Assembly (NCBI GenBank): GCA_965113315.1
Contig: OZ220363.1
Strand: one strand, 5' to 3'
DNA: 64,000 nucleotides
Source of the DNA: Podarcis vaucheri
Lineage: Eukaryota
This document shows positions 1 through 11,845 of this stretch, in pieces (the first letter of the stretch is position 1; the number at the start of each line of letters is the position of its first letter). Under the pieces are notes generated by a model that saw only the letters and a program-made list of their open reading frames with translations, was not told the origin of the DNA and made no database searches. The position numbers were made by a program, and so were the translations under genes.

Positions 1-2399
1 ACAATGAGCTTTTATTTTCAGGATGAAACGTATTTCCCAGGAAGTGCTTCTCAGGAGCAAAAAATATGCAATAGGTCTAGGTTCTCTTTGGACTACATAG
101 AAGAAACGACCCATTGATTCCACAATAAAATGTGCATACACAGCCTTAGCTAGATCCCAAATTTCCAGCTTGAGCTCAGTATTCTTGTATCCAGACACAG
201 ACTGAAACTGATCCAAAGCTTCTGCACCTGATATGAACACACATGATTAAAAAAAAACCCCAAACCCAGTGCCTTTATTACATGTCTTATCATCATCATC
301 ATCATTATTGTTATTAACAGAGCAGCCACAGCTGTTGGAAGCATACCGTGTTTCTAAAATAGGCAACAAGGTTAAGTCATGTAGAACATGTGAAAGAGAG
401 ATTAATTGTACTCTGTCCAAAGAAACTTCAGCAGAAGAAAGGAAGGCAATTTTGGGTGTTGTTGTTGTTGTTGTTTTTAAAAGTAGAATACATCAGGAAC
501 TGATAAAATGACATTGTTGATTTATTTTGATTCTTGCTTGTGAAAATAATTAAAGTAGCTTAATATGCTGGGAGTCCTTTCCTCTGTTACTTCAAAAGTA
601 CTGTTCATACTAAGCTGAAGTTATATTTATTCACTTGGAGTTTTCCATCAAGTGACTTCATACTTGCAGACATTTGGACTTGTCCCACTAGCGTTCAATT
701 ATTCTAGGTTTGTCATTCAGGTGTGGGCTGATTCTGGGGTGTGGATGCTTCAGGTACAGCCAAGTATCTTTGCAGGAATGGTGACTTTCATGTTGGGTCT
801 GATTCTTCCATCGCTCCTCCAAGTGCCTTGTGATTGACAGTGGCGAGTGCGTGCACTCTTAAGTTCTTATCCTGCCAAGATGCTTAGTTCTGTTTAATGG
901 CATTAATGGGGAGGGGGTGAGTGTGTGTATGCTTTTCACATCAGTCACAGAAAAATGGGAAAGTCATGTTGCGCTGTCATACCTGAAGGGCTTGGTGGTA
1001 TACGACACACCTTAAAGAATGCCATGAGCATTGGGGAAGTGGACCAGCTGTCTATGTCACACCCCAGGTTGAGTGACACAAGGGCAGGTACAGGTGAAAT
1101 ATAAAATGTAGCAAAGAGGACTGCCTACCTATTTTTACTCAGAGAACCACACTTTTCAGATTGTGATCCCTCCACCTACTCTCAAGCATCCTGGATAGCT
1201 AATGTGATGGACCTCAAACACAAATTTAAGTTCAAATCAACCCCTCCCTACCATGGCTTCTCCTTGTCCTTCATGCTTGTAGATCTTTTCCACTCATCCA
1301 CCTCATGGGACTTCCTAGTCCCCTTTGTAAACCACTTCAGGGTTTTCTACAATCAAGCGGTAGATAAGTTTTATGGAATAAATAAATAATACCCCTTTCA
1401 GTAGGTGGGAGGCCTACTGTTAGTGGTCTCCCATGACTTGGATGCCCAGTTTGTATCCACCAGGATCCATGTGTTCAGTATTGTGGAGATCCATGTCGAT
1501 GTCCATTATGAGTAGCCAATGTTGTGGGACTCCAACTCCCATCAGACCCAGCCAGTTGGTCAATTAGTCAGGAATGATGGGAGCTGTAGTCCAGCAAGTT
1601 CTGGAGGACACCAGATTGGCTGTCCTTGATGTACATGGGTGCCACTGGTTTCCCAGATGCCTGTCAATCTGGCTTTTTCCTGGACTCTGCTTGGCTCTTG
1701 ATCTTCATCCTTGGATCTGTAAGAATATGTATTCTCTGTTGATTCTCTCATGTGTTCTTTTGGTGTCTTTTGTCAGAGGTATTCGTGAGAAATTAATACA
1801 GCTGTGGGACATGACAGATATTCTTGGTGGTTCTGCTTGGTACCAAAGCATCAGGTGTGGATGCTGGCTAGGGCTTATGGGAGTTGAAGCCCATGTGGAG
1901 AGCCACTGGCTCCCCATTGCTGCTTAGAGAAGTCTCACAGTGAGGGGGCATAAAAATGCTAATCCTACCCAGTTGTTTCTTCCTTTTTGTCCAGCACAGC
2001 ACAGGAAAATACACACTAGTGCACCATTTGCACACATGCTTATTGACATTTTTTTCATACATCCATGCAGGGCAAATGTCATGGATGAAGCAGTCCTTGG
2101 CTACGCTGAGAAGGAGGCTGGATGAGAGAAAGGTGGGTGAAATGGAATCAAGAAAGAATGGAATAATTGCATGATAAAATTAATTTTATTAAAGCATAAA
2201 TGGTAGGCATGGTGTCCTCCAATCTGGAACAGGACACTCAGGCTAGTTGACAATAGGGCAGGTGTCAGCAGGAATGTCCCTTTCAGGAAGGTAACAGCTG
2301 GAAGGTGGGTCTCCCAGGGTGGGAGGCCGGGTGAAGAAACAGGCTTCCAGGTGGGAGCTGGGAGGGTCTACTTTTCTGTGTATGGATAAAAGATATCCA

Positions 2400-2601
2400 T
2401 ACTCCGAGGACCTTCTGGAGGTTCCCTCACCTCGAGAAGTGAAGCTATGGGGAACTAGGCAGAGGGCCTTCTCGGTAGCGGCGCCCACCCTGTGGAACGC
2501 CCTCCCATCAGATGACAAGGAAATAAACAACTATCTGACTTTTAGAAGACATCTGAAGACAGCCCTGTTTAGGGAAGTTCTTAATGTTTGATGTTTTATC
2601 A

Positions 2602-2637
<36 letters not shown>
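2400..2637 (+). mobile_element. L2-clade LINE 3' fragment ending in (ATC)n
   Basis: Encodes RAFSVAAPTLWNALP...FRRHLKTALF, a hallmark L2 ORF2 C-terminus. Confidence 0.85.
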
Positions 2638-4540
2638 TAGATATAAATGTGATGAACGGCCTTAGTATACATTCTTTTTCTTTATCATTTCTGTCTCTCT
2701 GTTTCTTGAATTTCCTTTCTTCTTATTTTGGTTTTCCGTTATTGCATTTTTTTTGTGGAAAGCTTTCAGTAAAAAAATGAAAAAAGGACTGTCCCTTTCA
2801 GTGCAAGTCGCAGTTATGTGCAGGGAGGGTTAGCTAGATCAGAACCATGGTGGGTGATGGGCCCTGCCTCCATTCCACAGTCCTATGCTGGACTGGAAGG
2901 GACATGCCTCCTATTCACTTAAAAGGAACATTCTACAAGGACCATACAAACCCTTCTAGGTGTCTTCCTTTGAATAAAGATACCATTCTGATATATGATC
3001 ACTGGAAGCAACCAACAACCTGAGATAACTGTGCGGTGAGCATGCTAAGCTAGGGAGCAGACCCAGCCTGTGGCTTGTGCAGGACCACCCAGGGAGTTTA
3101 TCAGTAGTCAGAAATTGGAGCCTGAGTAAAGATTCTCTCAGACCTCGGTTCTCACACACCCCACCCCTCACAGGACATCCAGCCCACATTCTTCTCTTCC
3201 TTCAGGGTTTTTTTTTTTTTGTAATGGGTCAAAGTATGTTTTGGGTCCAAAAAAACTTCTGTAGAATCCGAGGCTATTTATCCAAGCTTATCTAAGTGTA
3301 CAGCCAACAATAATCCACTTGGATTCTTGGGCGCTTCAAACATGCCTGGGTTTTGGCAGGGCTCCTCGCCTGTTGTGAAGCAACCTCTCTTGCGGTATTT
3401 GTGTTGCTGGTTTCAGCTGAAGCAAGGGAGGACCGAGGAATGCAAAGAATAAACACAACAAACAGTATAACCTTTTGGACTCGCAAGAGTGCTTGGCTTG
3501 CATTCCAGGATAAGATTTAAAGGCAATTTGTATTAAACGTCAACCTGTTCCAAAAAAAGGGGGGTGGAAAAGGGAGAAGAGAGGGAGTTTTCTGTTTTCG
3601 TTTATTTCCTTGCAAGTGCACCAAAAGAGCTGGAACTGCAACAGTGTAAATGGAAACAGAATTAGGACTTTACGGCGTAGCTGCTTGCAATTAGTATCCA
3701 AACCACCGATAATGCTCCCCTGTCCCGCCCCTCCCTCCCGCCCAGGCGGCAGATCTGTCTCCTGCGTTGAGCACCACTGCCATCTTCTGTGCGAGACGCA
3801 AATCCTTTTGCAGAGGGTCATTTAGAGGAAACATATTGAAAACAACTCATTTCGGCATAATCAGATGGTTGAAATTTGACAGCAGAAAGGAACAGATTTT
3901 CCCCACTGTTTGCAGTGCTAGAGAAATCAATAGACACAGCTTTTCCATGGTGTACACATATTTTTAAAAAAATATTTGGAGATTGAAAAATAGGAGAATT
4001 AAAATATCTCATATTACACTGCCAAATGATGGGGGTAATAGACACAAACATATTGTTCAGAAAAAGCTGCTTAGAAAGGGGGGGGGGAAGTATGAAGTGA
4101 TTCGTTTAGCGGAGACTCACTAGAGCAGATGGTGTGGTTAACAACTAGCATGTTAGCCATCTCAGGAGCTTACAGAAAAGTAAACAAATGCAAGAAAAAC
4201 ATATCACTTTATTCCCCAAAAGGTATGATTTATAATTTGGTAGGAAAATATAAAAATGTATATGCGTTCACTAAAGCTTGTCTGATCTTAGCTGAGTTTT
4301 TGAGGCCTAGCACAAGAAAGTCTTCCATGGTTGATTTCTCTTCCTGGTTATTTCTTTCTTCTGCGGCCTGCCCCACCTCAGCAGTGCCTGCCTTCACTTC
4401 TTCACCCTCTCTTGCCTACTTTTGCAGCTAGCTTTTTCCAAGATTTCCTTGTGCCTTCATCTAGATAACATGCTTTTTCACCCAAAAGATTTCTAGGAAA
4501 GGAAGGTTAAACCACTCACTCTTAGACAGGAGTGCCAACT

Positions 4541-4793
4541 TGGAGGAGGAGGAGGAGTTTGGACTTGATATCCCACCTTTCACTCCCCTTCAGGAGTCTC
4601 AAAGCGGCTAACAATCTCCTTTCCCTTCCTCCCCCACAACAAACACTCTGTGAGGTGAGTGGGGCTGAGAGACTTCAGAGAAGGGTGACTAGCCCAAGGT
4701 CACCCAGCAGCTGCATGTGGAGGAGCGGGGAAGTGAACCCGGTCCACCAGATTAGGAGTCCACTGCTCTTAACCACTACACCACACTGGCTCT
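4541..4793 (-). mobile_element. tRNA-derived SINE (Squam3-like)
   Basis: Minus strand starts agagccagtgtggtgtagtggttaagag (A box), B box gggttcacttccc, (TCC)n tail. Confidence 0.85.
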
Positions 4794-5426
4794 GTGACTG
4801 TGGGTGCCTAGGGCTGTGGGTGCCCTGCAGCGTGCATGGTCCTGTCACCAAGATTTGTGAGTGCCCAGCCCTTTTATGGGGAATTTTGTGCTCAGGCACC
4901 CAGGGCCCCAGGGAGTTGGTACCTATGCCCTTAGATGAAGTGTCCTACAGCACAGGTAGATAGGCTTCAGGCTTGTCAGCTCTACTGGAACCCCAAAGAC
5001 AGGTGCAAAAGATCTATGGTTTCAGTGTTTCTCTGAGCACATACCCAGCTGGGGGATTTGTTTTCACTTCCAGAACTGAACTGAGCTTGCAGTCCTTTCA
5101 CACACAACAGTCCACTCCTGGTTTGCTTTCTTCATTTTAGCATCTTAATTCATGTGTGTCTGTGGAGGGGGAGATTATTATTACTTTGCCTGTTTTAAAT
5201 CATTGGGAGCTGGATCCAGAGATCTACCAGTGGATTCTGTCAACTCCTGCTTAGAGTATGCAAAGAAACCACAGGAAGACAGAGTGCTGTTGTACTCAGG
5301 TCCTGCTTGCAGGTTTCCCACAGACACCTGGTTGGTCCTTGTGAGAACAGGATGCTGGGATAGGGAGGCCAGTGGCCTGATACTTCTTATGGTGTTACAC
5401 TGCTTATTTTGCTAAGCAGTAAGTTC

Positions 5427-5870
5427 CTCTTCTTCTTTGGTGATCACTCGTAGCTGAGTAAGATTGTCTTCAGTGAGTTTTAACAGTGAGTCCATTAGTG
5501 ACTGTGGAGGCCGATTCTGGATCCACATGCCCTTCCACAGTGGGGACATAGGTTTCCAGGTGGGAGTGGATCATGGTGAGGGTTTGCCAAACGCGCCTTC
5601 CTCTTAGCATGTTTCTCCCTTTCGGCCTGAGTTTGAGTGTCTTCAAAGCCATGACACCTTTAGTAAAGGCTGTTCTCCAATTGGAGCGCTTGCAGGCTAG
5701 TGTTTCCCATTTGTTGGTGTTTATACATATTTAAAGATTTGCCTTGAGAGAGTCTTTAAACCTCTTTTGTTGACCACCAGCATTACACTTTCCATTTTTA
5801 AGTTTGGAATACAGTAGTTGCTTTGGAAGACAATAATCAGGCATCCAAACAACATGACCAATCCAACAAG
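5427..5870 (-). mobile_element. RTE-clade LINE 3' fragment (decayed)
   Basis: Minus-strand peptide WIGHVVWMPDYCLPKQLLYSKLKNGKCNAGGQQKRFKDSLKANL, then after frameshifts CPHCGRACGSRIGLHSH, and a (GAA)n tail. Confidence 0.88.
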
Positions 5871-5986
5871 TTGATGTTGAAGAATCATTGCTTCGAGACT
5901 GGTATCTTTGCTTCTTCCAGTACACTGGCATTAGTTCGCCTGTCTTCTTAAGTGATGTGTAAAATTTTCCAGAGACTGAGCAGTAA

Positions 5987-6016
5987 GTAAAGGTAAAGGG
6001 ACCCCTGACCATTAAG
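5987..6016 (-). mobile_element. Sauria SINE extreme 3' fragment
   Basis: gtaaaggtaaagggacccctgaccattaag is the reverse complement of the SINE tail. Confidence 0.7.
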
Positions 6017-6856
6017 ATACACCGAAATTCAAAATTTACTTGCCTCAGTGCCTCGGTCTTGGACTGCAGCCCATGTGTGGGCTACAGTTCTTCAAGTCTA
6101 TGCAAGGCTCCCAGTTTAATTTAAAACTTTGGAAGAATTCCTCTGGAATTTGAAACTGAATCTTAGACTGTCCCGTCAGTTGCTATGGTGGGAGAAATTA
6201 CCTGGTGGCTAGATCAATGTCTCACCATGTACAATGGGTGGCTGATTAGTTTAGGAAATGATAAATGAATCAGAACAACCCAGATCACACCAGGTTAAGC
6301 TATTGCTTCCCCCCCCATCAGAAGCAAAGGTGAGAAAATAAATAGACTTCTAGTAGCTTTACCACAAATTCAGTGCTTTATTTTCTCCTATGCTCCTTTC
6401 ATCAAGCACAGGGATGCCTCAAGAGAATTCAACATGTTCATTTTCTAGAGAACCAGGGATATGATGCCTGATGTAGCTGGGCTTCCAATCAATTCAGCCC
6501 TCAAGAATAAAAGGAAAAGGAAGAGAATTTTAAGCAGGCATCTCATTTTTATTCATTTCTGTTGCTGGGTCTGTTTAGCAGCTAGCCTTAAAAAAACCAA
6601 CAACAAAAAACCCCAATGAAGATAATTGCCCAGAATTATTTGGGCCATCCGATAAACCACTGTCTAGTTTATTGATTTGCTGCCACACTGCAAAAAGTAA
6701 TAAATAAATATATAGCTTCGTTTAGAGATCTAGGATCAGGGCTGGGAAGTTAAAGAAGAATACCAGGTTGTGGGGGGGGGGCAAGAATTAGAAGGAAAAT
6801 TGGAGTACCAAGAGCAGAGGTCCACACACTGTTGGAGTCCAGCTTCCATCAGCACC

Positions 6857-6996
6857 AGAAGGGATTTTTTTTCCAGGTGGAACACACCAGAACTGAGTTC
6901 TGGCACCTCTCAGGTGAGAGCCATTGCCATTTTAAGAGAAGAAGGGAAGTGTTCATGGTGAGTTCTAGCACCTCTTTTTCTAGAAAAGTAGCACTG
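6857..6996 (+). mobile_element. Short hAT-like MITE; other copies at ~38545-38637 (+) and ~60375-60497 (-)
   Basis: Shared core gagttctggcacctctcaggtg...cacctctttttctagaaaa(g)tagcactg in three copies. Confidence 0.65.
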
Positions 6997-7061
6997 AGCA
7001 CCAGCAAATATGGTTAGGGATGATGTCAAAGTTTGCAAATTGTTTTCACCTATCCACAGCT

Positions 7062-7235
7062 TACTTACTTCTGGGTTTCGGAGGTCCTGCATGCACAGAA
7101 ACAGTAAATTGTGCTTTGCGCATGCGCAGAAGCGCTGAATCGCAACCCTCGCAGACGGCCGCTGCAGGTTGCGAACGCTGCAGGTTGTGAACGTGCATCC
7201 TGCATGGAACATGTTCGCAACCCGAGCATCCACTG
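7062..7235. mobile_element. Tigger-like MITE right-end fragment
   Basis: Ends cgagcatccactg|ta; CpG-rich; repeated gctgcaggttg(c/t)gaacg. Confidence 0.7.
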
Positions 7236-8483
7236 TACTATACATAAAGGAAATCTTCACCTAGGGGCCCTCAGCCCAGTTGCTGATGAACGCATGCTTC
7301 CCTTCCATTCTGAAGTCTCAAGGCAGCTAAGAGTCGGAGAAGCAGAGCGCTCTTTCTGGGAAGGAGGGAGAAGCAAACTCCATACAACTGCTCCTTCTCC
7401 ACCTGATGGATAGAATTAAGCTGGTTTTCCTGCTTGCTGTGATGGGAGGCAAGGGGTACAACTTCCCAGTGGGGCCTTGGGCTGAAGATGGGTTTGCTTC
7501 TCTTTCAGTTCTGCAGTCCCATCAGCTCCAGCCAGCACAGGTGGAGTGCACCAGATTGACCAATGCTTCTGTCACTGGAGTTATCTAGAGAATCACTCCT
7601 GGAAGCAGACCTGCTTGCTAATAATATTCCGTACACATGACAATACTGCAGAGTCAGTTGCGAATCCTCATGGTTCATGGCTTGGGACCAGTTTGATATA
7701 TTTTTGCCTGCATCTTTATTTGCATTGTTATCCCAACAAAACATTGACATCTGTTTTTAGACATGGAATGACTAGTGGGTGGGCGTCTTTTCCCCCCTGA
7801 AAATTGTTTAGCATCTGAACTGGGCCTCATTTTGTGCCGAAAGCTGTGCGTTGGTAGTGCTATTTTGATTTTCGACAGAGAACGTCTTCCTGTTGATCTC
7901 TCCCCCGCATTCACACAGAAACACGCACACCTTGACAGGGGGAGAGCAGCAGGTGGGGAGGGGCTGGAATCTGCCTTCATATAATCATGGAAATGTCTGT
8001 TGACAACAACACCAACACTGCACCAGATTTGGGAGAGCAAATGACATGAAAGAGAAGGCTTCTTTGAGGAGGTTAGTTTACTGTTCCAGTTGACGGCTGC
8101 TTTTGAAGCATGGCCATGTAGGCAGATATGTGGAGCAATCCTGGGGCAGAGAAGACTGAGGTGGAGCAGCAGATCCATCACATATCCCAAGATTTGCCAG
8201 CTCATGCTGCCCAGGGAATAAGGGTGCATGGCCTGTTCTTTATCCTGACTTTCACTGGGCACTTCCAGGCTGGCACAGCTGAAGGGTCTGAGAGCAAGGT
8301 TCTTCGTAGAGGCTTGGATGCAGCAAATCCAAATCCCCTGATGTTCTGCTATGTCCTTGGAAAACCCTGTTTCAGGGCTCTCCACCAGCTCCACTTGCAG
8401 TAACTTTACACCCATGGTTGGAACTTCCATTGTGGCTGAGTCACCACCACCAACAGCAGCAGCAGTGCTCCTATACACTTGGG

Positions 8484-8972
8484 CAGTGGCTTTCAACCAG
8501 TGTGCCATGGCACCCTGGGTTGCCTTGAATGATGGTTAGTGGTACCACAGGCAACACTGGCCTCTGTTCCTCTTTCCTTCCCTCCTCTGATGCCCTCTCA
8601 TCTCTCTGCCTCCCAGCACAACTGTTTGTTGCAGCTGCCCTGATTACAAGCTCCCCAGGTGAATGGTATCTCTGGGACTGGCCATGGGTTGCTTCCCAGG
8701 CCCCTGTGGGGCAGTGTGAAGAGGCACCTCTCTTTGGGATGGGGGGGAGCTCAGAGACCATGGGCAGCAGCTGTGGCTGCCCAGAGGACTCCCAAGGAGA
8801 GGGGAGAGGAGAGGAGGCTGATGAGCACTTCACAAGGGAGGGTGTCCAAAAAGGGCTGCTGGCTCTGCAGGCAAGGGGCGACGTAACTGGGCTCCTGAGC
8901 CCCACAGGGGTGCTGCAGGAAGAATGCATTTGGTCAAGGGAGCCATGGACTCCCAAGGGTTGAAAACCTCTA
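8484..8972. mobile_element. hAT (Charlie-like) non-autonomous element
   Basis: Termini cagtggctttcaacc / ggttgaaaacctcta; GC-rich interior with tgccatgg-type subterminal motifs. Confidence 0.55.
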
Positions 8973-9056
8973 CAGGAGTGGTAGAGAAGCTCCGACCTGT
9001 GAGCCAAATTTGGCCCACAATACTGTTTCCCCCACACCACATCCACTTGTCCAATA

Positions 9057-9298
9057 CAGTGGTACCTTGGGTTACGTATGCTTCAGATTACAGATGCTTC
9101 AGATTACAGACTCCGCTAACCCAGAAATAGTACCTCAGGTTAGGAACTTTGCTTCAGGATGAGAACAGAAATCGTGCTCCGGTGGCTCGGCAGCAGCAGG
9201 AGGCCCTGTTAGCTAAAGTGGTGCTTCAGGTTAAAAACAGTTTCAGGTTAAGAACAGACCTCTGGAACAAATTAAGTTCTTAACCTGAGGTACCACTG
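9057..9298. mobile_element. Tc1/mariner (Tigger-like) MITE family A
   Basis: TIR CAGTGGTACC...GGTACCACTG with TA TSD on both sides. Confidence 0.92.
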
Positions 9299-9359
9299 TA
9301 CTTGATCCTATCTTATGTCAGGTGTGAGACAGCTAGTCCCACCCAGTCAGATGGGCAGG

Positions 9360-9360
<1 letters not shown>

Positions 9361-9400
<40 letters not shown>

Positions 9401-9411
9401 GCAGCAGCAGC
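9361..9411. repeat. (AAT)n then (GCA)n microsatellite at an L2-type tail
   Basis: Direct read; preceded by cccagtcagatgggcaggg. Confidence 0.9.
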
Positions 9412-10500
9412 TGGATTGGCTGTGTGACCAAGTGCCCCATGGAGAACTCAGTCATGCAGCTGATTTTTGCAGAAAACAGCATTGCCAGCCCTGTGTTTGG
9501 CACTTCCTAAGCACTGATCAAACACCTTTTGCACAATGGTTTCCATGCCTGACAACCACCTGGCTGTTGGGTGCTTGGGAAGTGGGTGGCCCAACTCACA
9601 ATGATGTCATTGTGATTGACAGGTGGGTTGTCCCGCCTAGCCATCAAAGTTGGTTGCCCACCCCAGCTCGATAGCCATCTACATCAGGCAGATTAGCCTT
9701 GCGCTCTTAGCCTCATGCTGAATTAACTGTGCCCCCCACCTCCAAGTCTGACAATTGTCAGATCTGATTGGCTATGGGATAACATCACTAGTCACTGTTG
9801 GTGTTGGGAGAAAACAAACTAGATATTGAAGTAGCAGTTGATCTGGGCTAAGAGGCTCAGCCTTGCAGGGGAGAGTGCACTGAATTTGTATCATGAGATG
9901 AGACACATTTTACATGCACAGCTCAGCAGTTACTAATTTTCATCAATGATTTATATAGCAATTTTAGGTTATTGAAGTCCCCCACTCTCTCATTAGCAAC
10001 ACCAAAACCATGTTCACCATTTCCCCTCCCTCTGCAGCTCAGTTGAAAGGAAACCTGAAACCTTTTTCTGTTCCTTGGAAATGTCTGTGTTATGTTTTTA
10101 CAGCATAGAAGCATGCTATGGCAAGTGATATATTCTTTTCTCCTTTGTGTGTGCACATGCTAAGATTCTAATGTTATGCAAGACCTTTTCCTTCCTGTAC
10201 TTACAACTGTGAGAGTGTGCTGATTCAACAGTTTCTACAAGCATAAATTTTTCCCTAGAAACTGTGCAGGGAGTATAATTGCCTTCTGGGCCAATTTTTA
10301 ATTGAAATCAGATGATACAGGCTTCACACTAATTAGCAGATCAGTTAAAGGCTGCCCCCTAGTGCCAATTCTTATCCTACGAAAACAGGCCACTAGATTT
10401 CTTATTATTAGTTTTGAATTTACCTCAGGTATTTTAAAAGAAGTCAGGATTGGAGCACACTTACTGTATTCTTCAGCTTTCCAGTACAAATTTCTTCCTG

Positions 10501-10504
<4 letters not shown>

Positions 10505-10534
<30 letters not shown>
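10505..10534. repeat. (CA)n microsatellite
   Basis: Direct read. Confidence 0.95.
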
Positions 10535-10536
<2 letters not shown>

Positions 10537-10823
10537 TTGCAATTTATACTGCAAAGTATTTTAAAGGGGGGGATACCATTAAGTGGAGTGTTAGTGTTTT
10601 TCTGCAACCTTATTTCCATTTTGCAGATAGCACCTTTTTAATCGGGCTTTTGGGGGAGTGGATTACAGACTGAGACTGTGGGCTTGTGTCCTGCTACCTA
10701 ATGAATTTTATTGAGGGTGTTGACTGTGAGGGAGAAATGACAGTTCTTTTGATTCTTTGTATGGAAGATGCTTTAAATGTGTGATATGTAGTTCATTTAA
10801 ATCTGGAAGGCTGCACAGGTTTG

Positions 10824-11188
10824 CAGATCCTTCAAGTGTCCCTGTTTTCCAGGGACAGCTCCAAATTTACAGAAGCCATCCTAGTTTCTGATTTGATTCC
10901 AGCATGTCCCACTTTTTCTTGGGATGTCCCTATTTTCATTGGAGAAATGCTGGAGAGTATGGAGTTATGCTACCCCCGAGCCACAGAAATAAGTAACTAT
11001 ACAACAAGACATCTGAAGACAGTGCTGTATAGGGAGGTTTTAAAATATTTAATGTTTTATTATGCTTTTATATATGTTGGAAGCCACCCAGAGTGGCTGG
11101 GGCAAGCCAGTCAAATGGGCAGGGAATAATAATAATAATAATAGAATAAGACATCCCTATTTTCATTGGAGAAATGTTGGAGGGTATG
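10824..11188 (+). mobile_element. Chimeric TIR element (hAT-like, 6-bp TSD) carrying an L2 3' tail
   Basis: Termini cagatccttcaa / ttggagggtatg; TSD GGTTTG at 10818-10823 and 11189-11194. Confidence 0.75.
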
Positions 11189-11636
11189 GGTTTGTCACCC
11201 TTGATTTACACTGGGCCTGTCTAACACTGCCTCCATCATCCAACCATCTCCAGGTAGTCATTCGAGGGAGAGTGTAGGCTGTGAGGTCCCAGACCTTAGC
11301 CCTGAGGTCCAGCTCAGGTATACCATCGAGAAAACCTGTGAAGGAGTGGAAAGATGAGCAAACTACATCTCCCTTCTGCATTTAACTCACATTATTTATA
11401 CCCTTAAACAGAGTTCTACAGCTTCCCTGTTCTATCCTCACAACAACCCTGTTATGCTGAGAAAGCATGACTGACTGAAAGTCACCCAGTGAGCTTCCAT
11501 GGCTGAGTGGAGATTTGAACCTGGGTCTCCCCAGGTCTAGTCCAACACTAGCCAAATATTAGACTGTACAAAATTAAATTAGGGGTGAGGAACCTCAGGC
11601 CAAGGTGCTGGATGTAGCCCTCCAGCCACCTCTATA

Positions 11637-11845
11637 CAGTGGTACCTCTGGTTAAGAACTTCATTCATTCTGGAGGTCCATTCTTAACCTGAAACTGTTC
11701 TTAACCTGAGGTACCACTTTAGCTAATGGGGGCCTTCCATTGCCGCTGCTCAGTTTCTGTTCCCATCCTAAAGCAAAGTTCTTAACCCAAGGTACTATTT
11801 CTGGGTTAGCGGCATCTGTAACCTGAAGCGTCTGTAACCCGAGGT
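11637..11845. mobile_element. MITE family A, opposite orientation, one end truncated
   Basis: TA|CAGTGGTACCTC start; internal sequence matches 28214-28439. Confidence 0.85.

Noticed and set aside
4720-4793. tRNA gene
   Set aside because: A and B boxes belong to multi-copy SINE heads; there is no complete cloverleaf.
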